DNA of 64,000 nt from Takakia lepidozioides. Taxonomy: Eukaryota > Plantae > Bryophyta. The notes beneath the pieces were generated by a model, which was given only the letters and a program-made list of their open reading frames with translations, made no database searches and was not told where the DNA came from. Positions 1 through 13,600 of the stretch are shown here, piece after piece. The position numbers and the translations under genes are program-made. The DNA lies in contig CM060731.1 in assembly GCA_030704615.1 (NCBI GenBank), positions 85,870,001 to 85,934,000 on the forward strand, in the 5' to 3' direction. Each line of letters begins with the position of its first letter. Within the stretch, counting starts at the first letter, position 1.

Positions 1-1789
1 GAGGGCACTGACCCACAAGCCTACGAAATGATTATCAAGATTCAAACCCTTCAAAGGAAGCTCACCCTCAAGACAGAGGAGGTCAAGCACTTGTCCCAAT
101 ACTCTGATTATTTCCATCGTTACCTCACATCCAAAAAGATTCTTTGCTGCTAAAAGCTCGATTAGCCATGGTGCTTGATGGTCAAATGCTGTACACTAGG
201 GTTCACCCAAGTAAACAGGAGCCTGGTAGTGTCTTGTGGAGCCATTTTCAATATTTTACCTCATTTCACTGTTTCTGTTCAAGATAGTGTATCTCTCTAT
301 TTTGGACATGTACTTACTCCCTCAGCACTTAGGCACGGCGGATGCACTGGCACAACTGATACTGGAACACTTCCAGGGAATTCTTCTTCACAATTGGGTG
401 AGATGAGCCAGTGGTTAACCAGGGATAGGGCGCTGATTTAATGTTGGCTGGTTGATGATGAGGCTGATGATAGCTTTGCTGGTGAGATTTGGAGTTTGCA
501 AGTGACAGTCCCATTGGCAGGTAATAGAGAAGGACATACTGATACAAGAAAAGGAGAAGCTGTATATTGAACTGCGCAATGTATTGGCACGACAACCTGG
601 TCTTGAAGTGGCTGATCGGTTGGTTAGTTATGCACACAATTTGAATGAAAAGACGCAGCAATTGAAAACCATGTCTTCTGAACTTGATATATATCAGGTC
701 AACTCTCTCTCTCATTCTCCCTCTTCTGTGGATGTCGCTCTCCCTCTTTCTTGTTTCTTGTTTTTCCTTTTGTCCCATAGGCTATTTGAGCTTTCTCGGA
801 CATTATGAAGTACCATTTCATTTCATTTCTCGTGATGATAGGATCTGCCTAATTACCTGTCTGCAGCTCTATCTCCCTCTCTTCTAAGGGCAATGGGGAG
901 ATTCAGGGTGGGCTCCCACAGTCTGCGGATAGCGACTGGTAGGTGCAAAAATCTATGTTCTCTTGGGACATTCTTGGTCCTCTGTGATGATAGAATCTCG
1001 TGGCCCAATTACCTGTCTGTAGCTCTCCCTCTCCTCTAAGGGCATTGGAGAGGTTTCGCAGTCTGCGGATAGAGACTGGCAGGTGGGACAACCTGCAACA
1101 TGGGGACCGCTTGTCCCCAGTTGCGCTGGAAACAGCAAGGAAATTGAAAGTGAAGAACTCTTTCACTCTCTACTATGAGATCCATGGGAGATTGTTTATT
1201 CCGAGATACCCAATCTCTCACAGATGTCTTCCATTATGAGGATCAGAATGCTTACCAGCATATCTGCAAGTGACTGCAAGTTGCAGAGTCTATGACAACC
1301 TGGTTACTTGTGATTGAGTTTTGACTTCTGGCCTTGATACCATGCTAGAAAATGTGAAGCTGGTTCTATCACAGCTCCTAGCCCTCTAGCTCGCAACAGA
1401 AGTGACAGGTGACTGGTTGAACTGCCAGAAAAAGAGTCAAGGAACACAAGTAGGATTGCCTATTTGTATCTTTCTGTATAAGTAACGCTTACAAGTACGC
1501 CTCTTTTATGTATTAGTCATGAAGGGCAACAATATTGATAGTGCAGACAAGTGTGAACGAGTACAAAGAGGAGATAGAACAAATGAATGAAGAACTTGAG
1601 GTGGTAAAAAAAAAGTACTTCGATTTAAAACGACAGGAGCAAGCTGAGAAACTTGTGGAAGGCGACGAACTCTCCTCTCCTCGGTCAGGTCACACACTCT
1701 CCCCCTTACCCAACAGAAAAATAGCAGGTGGGTATAATGCATCTCGTCCCACCTCGACAAACCCAACCCCTTCACCTCCAATGGTATAG
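1..1789 (+). CDS. CFAP58: Cilia- and flagella-associated protein 58 (CCDC147), last three coding exons: <1-81, 521-697, 1547-1789
   Basis: Spliced translation EGTDPQAYEMIIKIQTLQRKLTLKTEE|VIEKDILIQEKEKLYIELRNVLARQPGLEVADRLVSYAHNLNEKTQQLKTMSSELDIYQ|TSVNEYKEEIEQMNEELEVVKKKYF... matches the C-terminal coiled coil of CFAP58 as I recall it. Both introns are GT..AG, phase 0; stop TAG at 1787-1789. Confidence 0.88.
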
Positions 1790-2441
1790 GGTATTATATG
1801 AGTCTGGTATGTGCCTTTTCTTAAGTAACCCTTGTACTCCTACTGGGGGCAATGAGTTCAAGTGTCAATGACTCCAACTTGTTGTACTTGATCCTGCATT
1901 CACTTTTCTCTTGGGCGAGTTTGATTCTGAAGGTTGGTCTCAAGCTACTACGGTCATGTGAGGGGTTTGAAGCAGAGGTTGCAATTAGCTGCCATAACCC
2001 TTGTTAGGGTGCTTGAAATTGGATCAAGTATGAGGAAACTGGCCCATATTGGACGTTGTAAGAACCAAAATTCATTCGTTTGGATCCCTGACCATTGGCC
2101 AAGTGACAACATTTCCGGGATTGTGAAAGGGTCATGGGACGTAAAATTTAAAGACATAGTCATAGGTCAGGATTAAAAATCTCCAGCTAGCACTAACGTC
2201 ATCGAATTTGAACAGCAAGTGTTGCAATTCAAGCTTATATACAAGTTATGTATGACACATTTGAAAGGATGCAATGTCACATATTACTATATAAAGCAAT
2301 GACTGCTTCCAAAATGCTTTTCACCTTTCCCGCCGGCTTCGCTCTTCTTGTACAACCATCTCTTTTCGTCAAGTTCACAGAAAAAGATAGGATGCAAGCT
2401 TGTAGAAAGAATATAAAATCCAATGTTGACAGCTCAAGAAA

Positions 2442-3041
2442 TGTTGACAATTTTAATTCATATACCTGAGAGGTGGACAACCAACATTTAATCGAGTGGT
2501 AAGGCCTATGAAGCCTTAAAACAAGATAGAGGAATAATTGCCTATCCTCTCAGGTATTGAACAAAATGACAAGGGGCGAGCAAAGAGGAGCTTGCGTTCA
2601 CGCGAAAGGAGGATCTTTGCGAAAATCTCTCACACGTATGCAAATGGAACGCCTTTACACATACATACACCAGCGTACACAAGCTCCCTGACCTTGTGTC
2701 AGGCCGCTGCTTTATACAAACCCTAGCTGCTTGCTTGCATGTCGCATAGTGAGACGTGACAAACCGAGCCCGCGGCGTCTATTTCTATCCTTAGATCTAA
2801 CGGATGGCCAGGATGCGGCCACCATCATTAACTAAACCCTAGCTAATTCATCATTGTAACAGTTTAACAATACTTAAGCCAAAAAAATTATACGATGAAT
2901 GAGTATCGCCGCATGGATGCATAAGGAGAACTAGTGATGAGGAGAGTTTGGGCCATCACATATGTGAAGCCTACCGCCCATGAAAAAAATCCTGAGCTCC
3001 GCGAAGTAAAATATAAGAAACGAGTAAATGAATTGATAACA
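2442..3041 (-). repeat. Putative 3' LTR of a minus-strand Ty3/Gypsy remnant
   Basis: Begins TGTTGACAATT and ends AATTGATAACA (9/11 inverted match). Adjacent 3042-3052 reads as a purine-rich tract (GTGGAGGGTGA) on the minus strand, and the block lies downstream of integrase. No partner LTR in the window. Confidence 0.5.
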
Positions 3042-5060
3042 TCACCCTCCACTGCTGGGTGAAAAATCTACCAAGGGAAAACTTGGCACCTGCAAATTGG
3101 GCCGAGTACAAAACTCCTGGATAGGAAAACCGTGCAGGGAGTACAGGTAGTGATATATCATAAGACTAAAAATGTTTTAAGTCCTAGAATGGGCAAGCAT
3201 TAAGGCCAAAAAAGTCACAATCCGCAATCTAAGACTAAGCCGTTGAAGACAAGAAGATCAAGCTGAAGTAGATCGGCTAAGAAGATCAAGACATTACCCC
3301 GCCGTACGTCCCTCCACATTGATGCATGTAAGATCAAAGACCAACTCAGAATGCACCAAATCCTTAGAGAAACAAGTCCATCACGCACTTCAGCATTGGG
3401 ACCCTGTGGAAGAAGGATAGCACGTCGCCCACGTAAAATCTGATAGATCAAGTATGGACCGTCGATCTTGAGCTTAGATTTGCATGCATGCTTACCATGC
3501 TGCAACCGAATGCACATGGTCTGTTCCACCTTAAACATGTTAGAATACTTGACACGCTTATTAAAATTGCAGGCCTGGGTTAACTGAGCCTTACCAATGC
3601 TTGCCTTGGCATCATGGATAGACACCGCATGCCAAGCATGAAAATCCTCAACAAAGGTATCAAGATCAACCGGATCGACAACAGTAGAGATAAGAGGGGT
3701 AGAATGCAAATGAGAGACACACTTGCGACCATACAACAGCTCAAAAGGAGTCTTCTTGGTGCTAGCATGCATGGCGGTGCGATAAGCAAAGAGAATCGGA
3801 GGAAGAAAGGTATCCCACTCCCTGGTAAGTGCGCCATTCTTCTCCAACATTCGGCAAAGAGTTTGGTTGAAGCGTTTCGTAAGGCCATTGGTCTGGGGAT
3901 GGTATGGGCTGTGGTGGAATGCTTGACACCAAAGTTGAAGCACACCACCGTGAGGAGCTGGTTACAAAACTCCTTGCCCTGATCCGTAAATATCTCCCGA
4001 GGACACCCATGCCGCATAAGGATCTCATTGAAGAATAACTGAGCTACAGCATCACTAGTCTTGGTACGCAAAGGCCGGACTTCTATCCACTTAGTCAAGT
4101 AATCGGTAGCAACACAAAGGTAGCTTCGACACTTTGATGTGAGTGCGAGGGGTTGAACCAAATCAATGCCAACACGAGCAAAAGCATGTGTAACAAGCAA
4201 AGGCTACAGCTCATACAAGATCTGGGCCCTAGGAAGAGCAATGTTAGCACGATAACCTTCACACTTAGAGATGAACTCCGTGACATCCCGGTGAATCCCC
4301 AGCCAATAGTAAACCTCTTGGATGCGAGCCATGGTTCTCTTGATACCAAGGTGACCTGCATACAAGGAACAATGGAAACGCTCCAATAAAGCATTCAGCT
4401 GGCTCTGTGGTGGCACCTCCAAATAGCATGTTGTTGATTGGTTTGCAAGGCAGCAAATTGTATGGCAACAGACTCGCGAAGATTCCCGACTGTATTGGCT
4501 AATTGCTGGAGTGAAAAGTCTTCTGTCCTAGACTGCATTGCAGGAGGCACATAAGGTTGGGATGCTGCAGTCATGCCAAGCTCGGAGCCCACATGAGTTT
4601 GAAACTTGGCATGGGTTTGCATTCATTTGCTGTCAGTCAAGTCTGTCATCTTAAGATTCACTTCTGCTAGCATAGTCTTATCATTAACAAAATGACGATG
4701 CGTTCTAAATAGCAGGGGGTAATCCAAGGAGACAGTATACCTTGACCATGCGATTACGCTTTGCGATATCAATAATATTTTTTGCAGTAGCAAATTTAAG
4801 GTCCATGTAGTACCTCCATAATGACTCTCCTGGCTGGTAAGTCCTAGAGCTCAACTTGGTAAAACAATCCAACGGCCTTTCAGGGGGTTTGAACAGGGTC
4901 TTAGCCCACTCCACATGGGACATCCAATTGAGCTTGGGGTCATCCATGACGGCTGCATATAACAAATCATGGGCTGGCCCCTTCATGCATACTCTAAATA
5001 TAGCTATTTTAAAATTCTCATGTATACCATTCACATCAGCCCCGGTTATCAGCGTTCACA
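3042..5060 (-). mobile_element. Degenerate Ty3/Gypsy internal region (gag-like fragment joined to integrase; RT/RH missing)
   Basis: Frameshifted integrase: zinc-finger H..YAGHLGI...YYW...C..(Y), core GIDLV / TDYLTKWIE / TDQGKEF / YHPQTNGLTKRFN, and a GPY motif. Retrotransposon gag-like text at 4705-5034 (YQPGESLWRYY). Confidence 0.8.
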
Positions 5061-5237
5061 TCCGTTAGTCAAGCTCAAGTCACGTCAGACCTGACGCTGA
5101 CGGGACCTCCGTCACGTCAGGTTCCGGGAATATTCTAGTAAAAAAAAATATCAGGTAAAATATTGTCACTTAAGCAGCCACGTCGCCGACACGGTGGCGG
5201 TGGCAAACACATTTTGGAAAATAGTAAAATGAAAGTG

Positions 5238-6440
5238 ACCGCCAATCCTGGCAGTCGCTTTATATTTCTGAATTTTAAGAGCGACCGCCAACAAGACGTT
5301 CGCTTAAATTTTTTTATTAAAAAAAACAAAATTGGCGGTTGCATTGGCAGTCGTCTAATTTAAAAAAGAAAAATAGGGACCTCCGTATTGGCGGTCGCAT
5401 AATTTTGAAAATATATAAAAAAACAAGCGACTGCCATAATATGGCGGTCGCTTTATTTTAAAAATATATTTTAAAAAAAAACCAGCGACCGCCATAATAT
5501 GGCGGTCGCTATATTTTAAATATATTTAAAAAAACCAGCGACCACCATAATATGGCGGTCGCTTTATTTTAAATATATATATAAAAAACCAGCGACTGCC
5601 ATAATATGGCGGTCGCTTTATTCTAATTATATATATATATAACCAGCGACCGCCATAATATGACGGTCGTTTTATTTTAAAAATATTAAAAATATTTTTA
5701 ATTTCAGCGACCGCCAGTAATGGCGGTCACATTTATTTTTTATTTTTTTAAATGGAGCGACCGCCATTATTGGCGGTCGCTTTTGTTTTTATTTTTCTAA
5801 AATAGAGCAACCGCCATTACTAGCGATCGCTTGTATATTTTTAATTTCTGAAAATGCAGCGACCGCCAGTAATGGCAATCGATTTTATTTTTATTTTTTA
5901 AAATAGAGCGACCGCCGGTATTGGTGGTCACTTTAAATAAATAAATAAATAAATAAAAGGACCGACCGCCATTACTGGCGGTCGCTTGTATATTTTTAAT
6001 TTCTGAAAATGCAGCAACCGCCAGTAGTGGCGGTCGCATTTTTTTTTTAAAACAAAAATAGAGCGACCGCCATTATTGGGGGTCGCTTTTGTTTTTTATT
6101 TTTTTTAAATAGAGCGACGGCCATTACTGGCGGTCGCTTGTATATTTTTAATTTCTGAAAATGTTGCGACCGCCAGTAATGGCGGTTGCTCTTATTTTTC
6201 ATTTTTTTTAAATAGAACGACCGCCATGGTCGCTTGTATATTTTTAATTTCTGAAAATGCTGCGATTGCCAATAATGGCGGTCGTTTTTTTTTTTTTTTT
6301 TTTTTTTTCCTAATAGAGCGACCGCCGTTACTGGCAGTCATTTTTATTGTTTAATTTTTGAAATAGAGCGACCGCCATTACTGGCGGTCGCTTTTTTGTT
6401 GTTTTTTTTAAATGTAGCGACCGCCATGGTGGCGGTGGCT
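5238..6440. repeat. Array of ~20 GC-rich palindromes (AGCGACCGCCA-N5-TGGCGGTCGCT) separated by AT-rich spacers; likely DNA-transposon subterminal repeats
   Basis: Directly visible with ~50-60 bp periodicity; spacers are low-complexity A/T and themselves recur. Confidence 0.8.
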
Positions 6441-6469
6441 TCTAGAAGGTGTGCCATACGCGTGGACCG

Positions 6470-6547
6470 AAGAGTCTCGAGCACCTCGGCATATGCAAAC
6501 AGACCACTGTATGCTGAAGCATGGCGCCAGGCGAAGGACCACTTCTT
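6470..6547 (+). other. Isolated ~80-bp fragment of the Gypsy extra ORF found at ~51015-51090
   Basis: RVSSTSAYANRPLYAEAWRQAKDHF here versus RVTGTSAYMNRPLYAEAWRPKDHF; CCACTGTATGCTGAAGCATGGCGCC is identical in both. Confidence 0.75.
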
Positions 6548-6932
6548 ACTGGGGGCAGATAAGTCAAAGGAGGCTCATTTCCCCTCACTTCCTCTCCACA
6601 CAACTTATGTGTGCATGACATGTAACTATTCCACGACACGTAGACACGTGGAGAAGGAGGCCATTGGCTGGGGGCGATTTTTTTGCCATGATTTCTGTGA
6701 AGTCGTTGCAGAATGCTCCTATAGCCCCTCCTCTGGCTTCCGGGAACATTTCATTCTACAAAATTAGCTTTTAATAACTATTATAGCACTTAAGGGTTTA
6801 GGGTCAATTGTAATTTTTCGATCGAGATCGCAATTGCTTAGTTCTTAGTCATTTCCACGTTTGCTTCAGTATTGTTTAGCTTTCCGTTACTTATTAGTAA
6901 ACGTCGTTTAGGGTTGCTCCGATTGTTACAAA

Positions 6933-7813
6933 ATGGCAGAGGGCCAGGACGATGAGCGTCATAGAAGAGATGACCCCTATGAACATGGAACACCCCGTAA
7001 AAAAATCAAATGGTCAAGGCATGACTTGAATTGGGAAGTATATGATGACCCTAGCATACTAGCAGAAGAGGGATAAGAGGATTTTCCGGAAGAGTTCAAG
7101 TGGCCGAGCACGATATGCAAAAAATTCGTGAAATGGTGTCACATCAATCGATTGTGGCCTTGACCTAGGCATGTGGTGCAAACCAGAAACAATTGCGCGG
7201 ACTCCAGGTCTTGCATGAACTTGCATTTTCAGCATAGGGCGATTGAGGTGCATTGCACATTGTGGGGTGAACCACTCTTAAAGGGCTAAATTCCGTACAC
7301 ATTGGCAGCCATGTTGTACGTGGAGGTGATACTGTTGCGTCAGTGAATTGACAAACTGCTAGTAGGAGGAATGCAATGATGCAATACCATTTTGTCGACA
7401 TCCCGGACACGTTTGGAACACCCCCGGCTACGATACTGGGCGTGCGCGAGGCACCGGTACCCCAGGCTATGATATTGGGCGTGCCCGAGGCACCGGTGCA
7501 ACAAGTATCTGGAACATCAAAGGATGAACTGGTGGAAACAAAACAGCGAGTCCGAACCCTACATGACCTTGTGGAATGACAAAGACTGCGTATAGCCGAG
7601 TTGGAAGGTATATTGCAAAACACGCCTCGAAACAATGAAGGCACTGTCCACAATGACGTTCGAACGAATGACGTGGACATGTCCGCGGAGTTTACAATGC
7701 CAGATCGCAATATTAACCGCATCATTGCCGGAATTACGGACGTCCTTGACCCTCGCCACGTCGTGAGATTCTGCAAGAAAGTCAATTTTTGCCGCAAAGT
7801 ATGCGGATGCTAG
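6933..7813 (+). pseudogene. Degenerate TE-like ORF, family not recognised
   Basis: ATG at 6933 opens protein-like text (MAEGQDDERHRRDDPYEHGTPRKKIKW...IPYTLAAMLYVEVIL) broken by several in-frame stops and frameshifts. Confidence 0.3.
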
Positions 7814-8374
7814 CCAAAATTGATCACATGTCATTGGGCCCCTCATTGACCACGAGATCACGATCTCAGGCTCTCCGTATTGGCAGTGCAAATCAGGCCA
7901 CAACATCACATCCCTTGTCCCCGGACAGTGACGACGAGGATTCGAATGAGTAACAACGTAGTACATGGACAATGTGGATTTTTGTTGTACCTTGAATTTC
8001 TGGAACACACTGATAGCACTCCGCCAATTTTGTATATGTACCAATTTTGTTAATACACATGTGCAGCACCTGCAAATTTCAATTGCATGAGCAGCGTAAC
8101 GCGTTTTCTTCCGATTTCGCACTCATATGATGGGGAAGAAGTGATTCACCCTCAAATTTACAATGGTGTAATATTTGGTCATGACGTGTATGTGGGTATC
8201 TGCAATGAACTCCGAAAGATGGGCAACAAAGAAAATGAATGTTAACCAATAAGTTATAACGAGTTACAAACAAATTTCGCTTAGTCTCGTATTTCATAAT
8301 CATGTCGAAAATTCGATCTACGTATGAAGAACATACCCACAAAGTTAACGAAACACAATATAATTTTGATTGAT

Positions 8375-8760
8375 CTCATATTACTCTGGGACCTGTCAGA
8401 TGGTACATTGGACATACTGACCAAGTCTCGAAGCGAACGAAAATCATTTGGATGGGCAATCATCCGTTGGCCCATTGGACGAATTTCGTTTCATCTCATA
8501 TTACTCTAAGACCTCTTAGATGGCACATTGAGCACACTGGCAAAGTCTGAAAGCGAACAAAAATCGTTTGGATGGGCAACCATCCGTTCAGCCATCGAAT
8601 GAATTTCGATTGATCTCTTATTAGTCCGGGACCTGTGAGAGGGTGTACCGAATGTACTGTCAAAGTTTGAAAGCAAACAAAAATGATTTGGATGGGCAAC
8701 CATCCGTTCAACTGTTGGATGAATTCCGTTTGATGTGCTATTACTCTAGGACCTGTTGGA
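8375..8760. repeat. ~120-bp tandem repeat (about 3.2 units; a further ~1.3 units at 9376-9530)
   Basis: Core ATTTGGATGGGCAACCATCCGTT and TTACTCT.GGACCTGT recur every 120 bp. Confidence 0.8.
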
Positions 8761-9598
8761 CGGTGTTTCGTGTGCACATAATTTTTTTAACCATCTGTCT
8801 AATGACGGCATATGCAACGTGCATGCCAAATTTCATAGCAAACAAAAGTCATTAGGACCCAGAACCACAGTTTCTTCCTTAATTTGCACTCCAAACTTGA
8901 TTGGTCTTTTACTTCATGCACTTTTCATAGAGAGTTCTGCAATAGTGAGCGAAGAGAACACTTTAAGAAATTTTCGTTTTTGTTTGGTCCAAATTTTTGT
9001 AGGGATGTAGCGGTGGGAAGGTTGAAGCTAGAGAACAAGATTGAGCCAAAAATAAAATTGTTACGTAGCAGAAAACCCCAATCAAAGACAATGTAAACAT
9101 ATTTATTTGCTTGAAATTCATTTAAACTCAATTTAATTGTAAATTGGTGGAAGAGCGAGGGCGTGGTTGGGGAGGCAAATGTTTATTTCTTCTATTGGTT
9201 CTCCGCACATGTGTTACACACATATTCAAGCACATGCGGGCAAAAGATGGGCCTCAACCTCATCCGTTCAATGGATGTATTGGCCGTTCACCCATGACAT
9301 GATTTTTTTTTCGCAATGAACAAAATTGGATGACACATGAACGCCTCATTGGCCCATTGAATGAATTTTGATTTATCTCAAATTACTCTAGGACCTGTCA
9401 GATGATACATTGGACATACTGACCCAGTCTCGAAGCAAATGAAAATCATTTGGATGGGCAACCATCTGTTGGCCCATTTGACGAATTTTGTTTTATCTCA
9501 TATTACTCTGGTACCTCTTAGATGGTACATCCAAAATTTCAGACTCCGGCGGACCCAGTGAATGGGCAGTGGGCTTATGAGCTCACCCCATAGGCACA

Positions 9599-9940
9599 TT
9601 GAAGACGCTATTATTAAAAAAATCATTGGCATTGATTTCATGGGTCCATTTCATCATGCTTCTAGCTGGGAAAAATTATATTTTAGTAGCCACCAACTAT
9701 TTTACAAAATGGGTTGAAGCCATAGCGGTGAAGAAAGATGACGCAAAGACAACTGCTAACTTTTTATTTGATAATATTATTACTCGGTACGGGGCGCCCC
9801 TTGAATTAGTTTCGGATAGAGGATCTCACTTTTTTAAATGATGTCATTGAGAATTTAACCGAGACGTTTGATATCAAGCATAGTACCCCTTACCACCCTC
9901 AAGTGAGTGGGGAAGCAGATAGTACTAACATAACTCTAGC
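9599..9940 (+). mobile_element. Ty3/Gypsy (Athila/Tat-like) integrase core fragment
   Basis: GIDFMGP / YILVATNYFTKWVEA / FLFDNIITRYGAPLELVSDRGSHF / STPYHPQ across frameshifts. Confidence 0.8.
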
Positions 9941-10452
9941 ACAAAGAAAAGTGTCCCCTAATAGAAACTAACACAATAAAACGGAAAAAGATAAAGTAAA
10001 AATATAGGAATACAATTCGTACATTGTTCTAATACATGGATCCCCACATTCGATGAAGCCCTTCCCCCGCTAAGATGGAATTTGTCATCTCCCGATGGAT
10101 AAGGAGATAGTGCGTTTGATGATTTCTCCATTATCACATTGGAGTTGATGTGATATCCTACATAATATTTGCTCGATGTCGGTCCTGTTTGGTCCGTTTG
10201 TTCTTCGGGTTTCTTGCCACTTTGTTTCTCGCAAAGGTAGAAATAGTGCGTGATTATTAGGTATGACATGCATCTGATATTCTTAGGAAAGATGGCTCGA
10301 GACTGTGTGCAGCTCAAGTCTTTTGTTCTGAAGAGAGTCGGCGTTTGCTACGTTTGGCATAAGCTTGACAGCTAGATCTTTCTTAAAGATTTTCACTGGT
10401 AGCGAGTGATCTGTTGTCTTTGAGACTTCCCACAGCGATAGCCGAAGTGGGC

Positions 10453-10570
10453 ATGGAATTTAGTGACACATACAAGCACTCGGGACCCTGTGGTTTCTCT
10501 CCTGATGCCAGGTTTCTGGCAGTGGCTGTTGATTATCGACTCGTTATTCGAGATGTGGTGTCCCTCAAGG

Positions 10571-10605
<35 letters not shown>

Positions 10606-13600
10606 GCTGGCGATGTGTGTATATCTGTTTTGGAGCGCCCTGTCGAGGTTCGGAAGACGCCACATGTGCGGGAGATCTCTCTCTCCACACAGACACGCTG
10701 TCAATTATGCATTTAGAAGAGCAGAGTCTGACAAATGTATCACATTCAGCATGGCGTGCACATTGTGAATGTTTCCTGGGAAGTTAAGAGAAAAATCTCA
10801 CAGGGCTTTAGGAGAAGCCAATTATTTCATATGTCAGCCGCGTGAAATTCTCTTAGTTAGTCAAACATGGCTGGTGAGCTAACCACACATTGGGAATGTA
10901 GGGTGAAAGAAGTCGATGCTAAACCCTAAACCTTTCTGAAGTCAGGATGTCCATTAAAGCTCCACTCCAGCTGGTATGAAAGACAAAATTGACTCTAGGT
11001 TTTTGGAGCTATTGAAATGGTCATCCTGTTGATAGGGAACATCTGCCGTTTATAAAGGAATTTCGTATCAACAACTGTGCAATGAAGTGCAGGTGGTGCA
11101 GATGTACACTTGCCTAGACAAAATCAGTTATGTGGAGTGGGCGCCCGACTCTGAATATGTACTTTGTGCCCTCTACAAACGTTCCATGGTTCAGGCATGG
11201 TCGGTTTCACAGCCGGAGTGGATCTGCAAGATCGATGAGGGGTTAGCTGGCATTACTCATGCCAGGTAGATTCACTGTTCAATTTAGAGTGCACAATTAA
11301 TTTTTTGAACATTGTGTATCTCTAGGACATCAACATCTATTGTCTTCATCAATTCCCTGTTCAGAGTCAAATGTGAGTTACAGAACAGGGACGAGAAAAA
11401 GAAGGCTTCTCTTGGTATGGTGTCTTAGTTTCCACCTTAAAACTTTTGTTGCTGACCACTGTAAATGAGATTTGTTGTTGTTTACAAAAAAACGTTTGAG
11501 TCAGTCATGTAGTTCTTCACCTGAAAATGAAGGCGTCCTGTGGCCAAATCAACAGTCGTGTAGGACCATCCATGAAATTTTCACCTGTTTTTCCCATCTA
11601 TGATGGCAGGTGGAGCCCTGACAGTCGCCATATCCTGACCACTTCTGAGTTCCAACTCCGCCTCACTGTCTGGTCACTGGTGAGCACTGCTTGTATCCAT
11701 GTGCCATGGCCAAAGCATCCTTCCCGGTCCATTTCTTTCACAAAGGATGGCAAGTTTGCTGCAGTTGCTACAAGACGAGACTGCAAAGACCATGTCAATC
11801 TGTTGTCATGTCAGGGTTGGGAAGCTATGGGAAACTTTGCTGTTGACACCACAGACCTCATGGATCTAGAGTGGTCACCCACGGATAGCACCATTGCTGT
11901 CTGGGATTCTCCACTTGAGTACAAGGTATTTTACATCTCTCTCTCTTTCCTTGAAAGTGGTTAAGTAAAGAACATCTTAACTCTTGGATTATCTAATCCC
12001 TTCATTGTTTCGAGAAATGCCTTCTGAGAATCTCTTACACATTTGTTGGTAAGGCAAGGTGAATGATACCTCCATGAAGGTTCCTATTGAACAGACACTG
12101 CACCTATTCATGGCCTAATTGATGGCAAATTGTGCTATGCTCTGTAGCAACAACAGGCTGGAGTATGTATGTACACCTTTTACATGATCTGATCAATGTA
12201 CATTGCTCTTGGTTGCTCTATTGTAGCCCATGCCTTGTGCCAACCTGAAAGTGAGAGGCTTGAGGATTTTTGGCTCATTCTCTCTCTCTTTCCTTGAATT
12301 GTTCCGCCCAAACTGGGTGTGGGGTCTATGGCCACAAGGCTATGGCAAACGTCTTATGAGTACATTCTCTTTCCTTGAATATGGCTGTCCTTAGTACCAC
12401 CATTGAGGAGTGCCTGATCCCGTCCTTGTGTTGAGAAATCTGTCCAAAAACTTAACAAAACAGAGGGACTCATTAGGTTCTGCCCTAGGTGTTTAACCTC
12501 AGTACAGCCTCTCTATGGCTTTAGAAGAAATAGTCGTTCTTCTCATTTGCTACGTGCTGGCAAGCGTACGTTACTACAACAGTATAACTACAAGCAAGGT
12601 ACTCGTCAAGGTTTTATGAGCACTTAGAGGTGCATAGAATACTGTTTAGTATGGATACAGAAGGAGAGAAAACGTTTGGAATTGACTAGCTCTACTCTGA
12701 ACCTGTGATGACTATCTGGGACTTCTATATGAGACTGTGCAAGTACATTGCCAGTAATGCCATTGGTTGTACATTTTACTTTCCTTCTGTCAGGTACTGA
12801 TGGAATCAATGGGGAGTTAAAACAGCTGGTCACTGTTACAAAGGATGTCGTCAATGTCTCATCTCTTGGATTGACTCTCTAAGTGATGAGACTACATTCT
12901 GGTTTCGTTTGTTTTTGTTGCTGTTTTTCTTCCTACGGGTGTTGTCCTGGTGCGTTTGTTTTTCATCTGAAATGCTCTTTACATTGGATGTGGCTCTTTT
13001 AATCTTAGTCGACCTCTCAGATGTGAATTCAGAGTTTGCTAGGCTCTCACATTATATATATTTCACTTTCCCTCCTGACCAATGGGCTTCCTCTTCGTGG
13101 AGTTTCTTCACTTTGTGGAGGAGCACTCTTCAAGTAGTGCTTTAGGCCTGCATTTTTCTGCTTGTTTATAGGTTATTTTCCCTTAATCCTCACAAAGGTA
13201 AGCTGCCAAGCATGTCTGATCTTTGAGAGAGAGAGAGAGAGAGAGAATGTACTCATAAGACAGTGTTTGCTGTAGCCTTGCGGCCATTGACCCCGCGCCC
13301 AGTTTGAGCGGAACATAAAGGGACAGAAACTACCTTTGTCAGGGGCTGACGCTGGTAGTATGATTTACCTTGGAATAAACAGTTGATCCGAGATTTCCAG
13401 ATATCCTCCAGAAATCCCTTCACACAAGCATCAATCTGATGTGTGTGATTTGCCCAATAGCTAGACCCCAAAAGGGCCTGGGCTTTTGGCTCAGCCTCAA
13501 GATTTTCAAAGTTGTTAAACAGAGGTACAGGCACAATTCCCTTGATGGAATTGAAGAGGGTGTCCCGTTGGTGAGAGTACCCAGGACAATGAATCAGGAA

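Noticed and set aside
850-1084. Imperfect ~90-bp direct repeat in a CFAP58 intron
   Set aside because: A local duplication with no TE hallmarks or evident function.
5238-6440. CRISPR-like repeat-spacer appearance
   Set aside because: Spacers are low-complexity and recurrent, repeats are degenerate, there are no cas genes and the context is eukaryotic.
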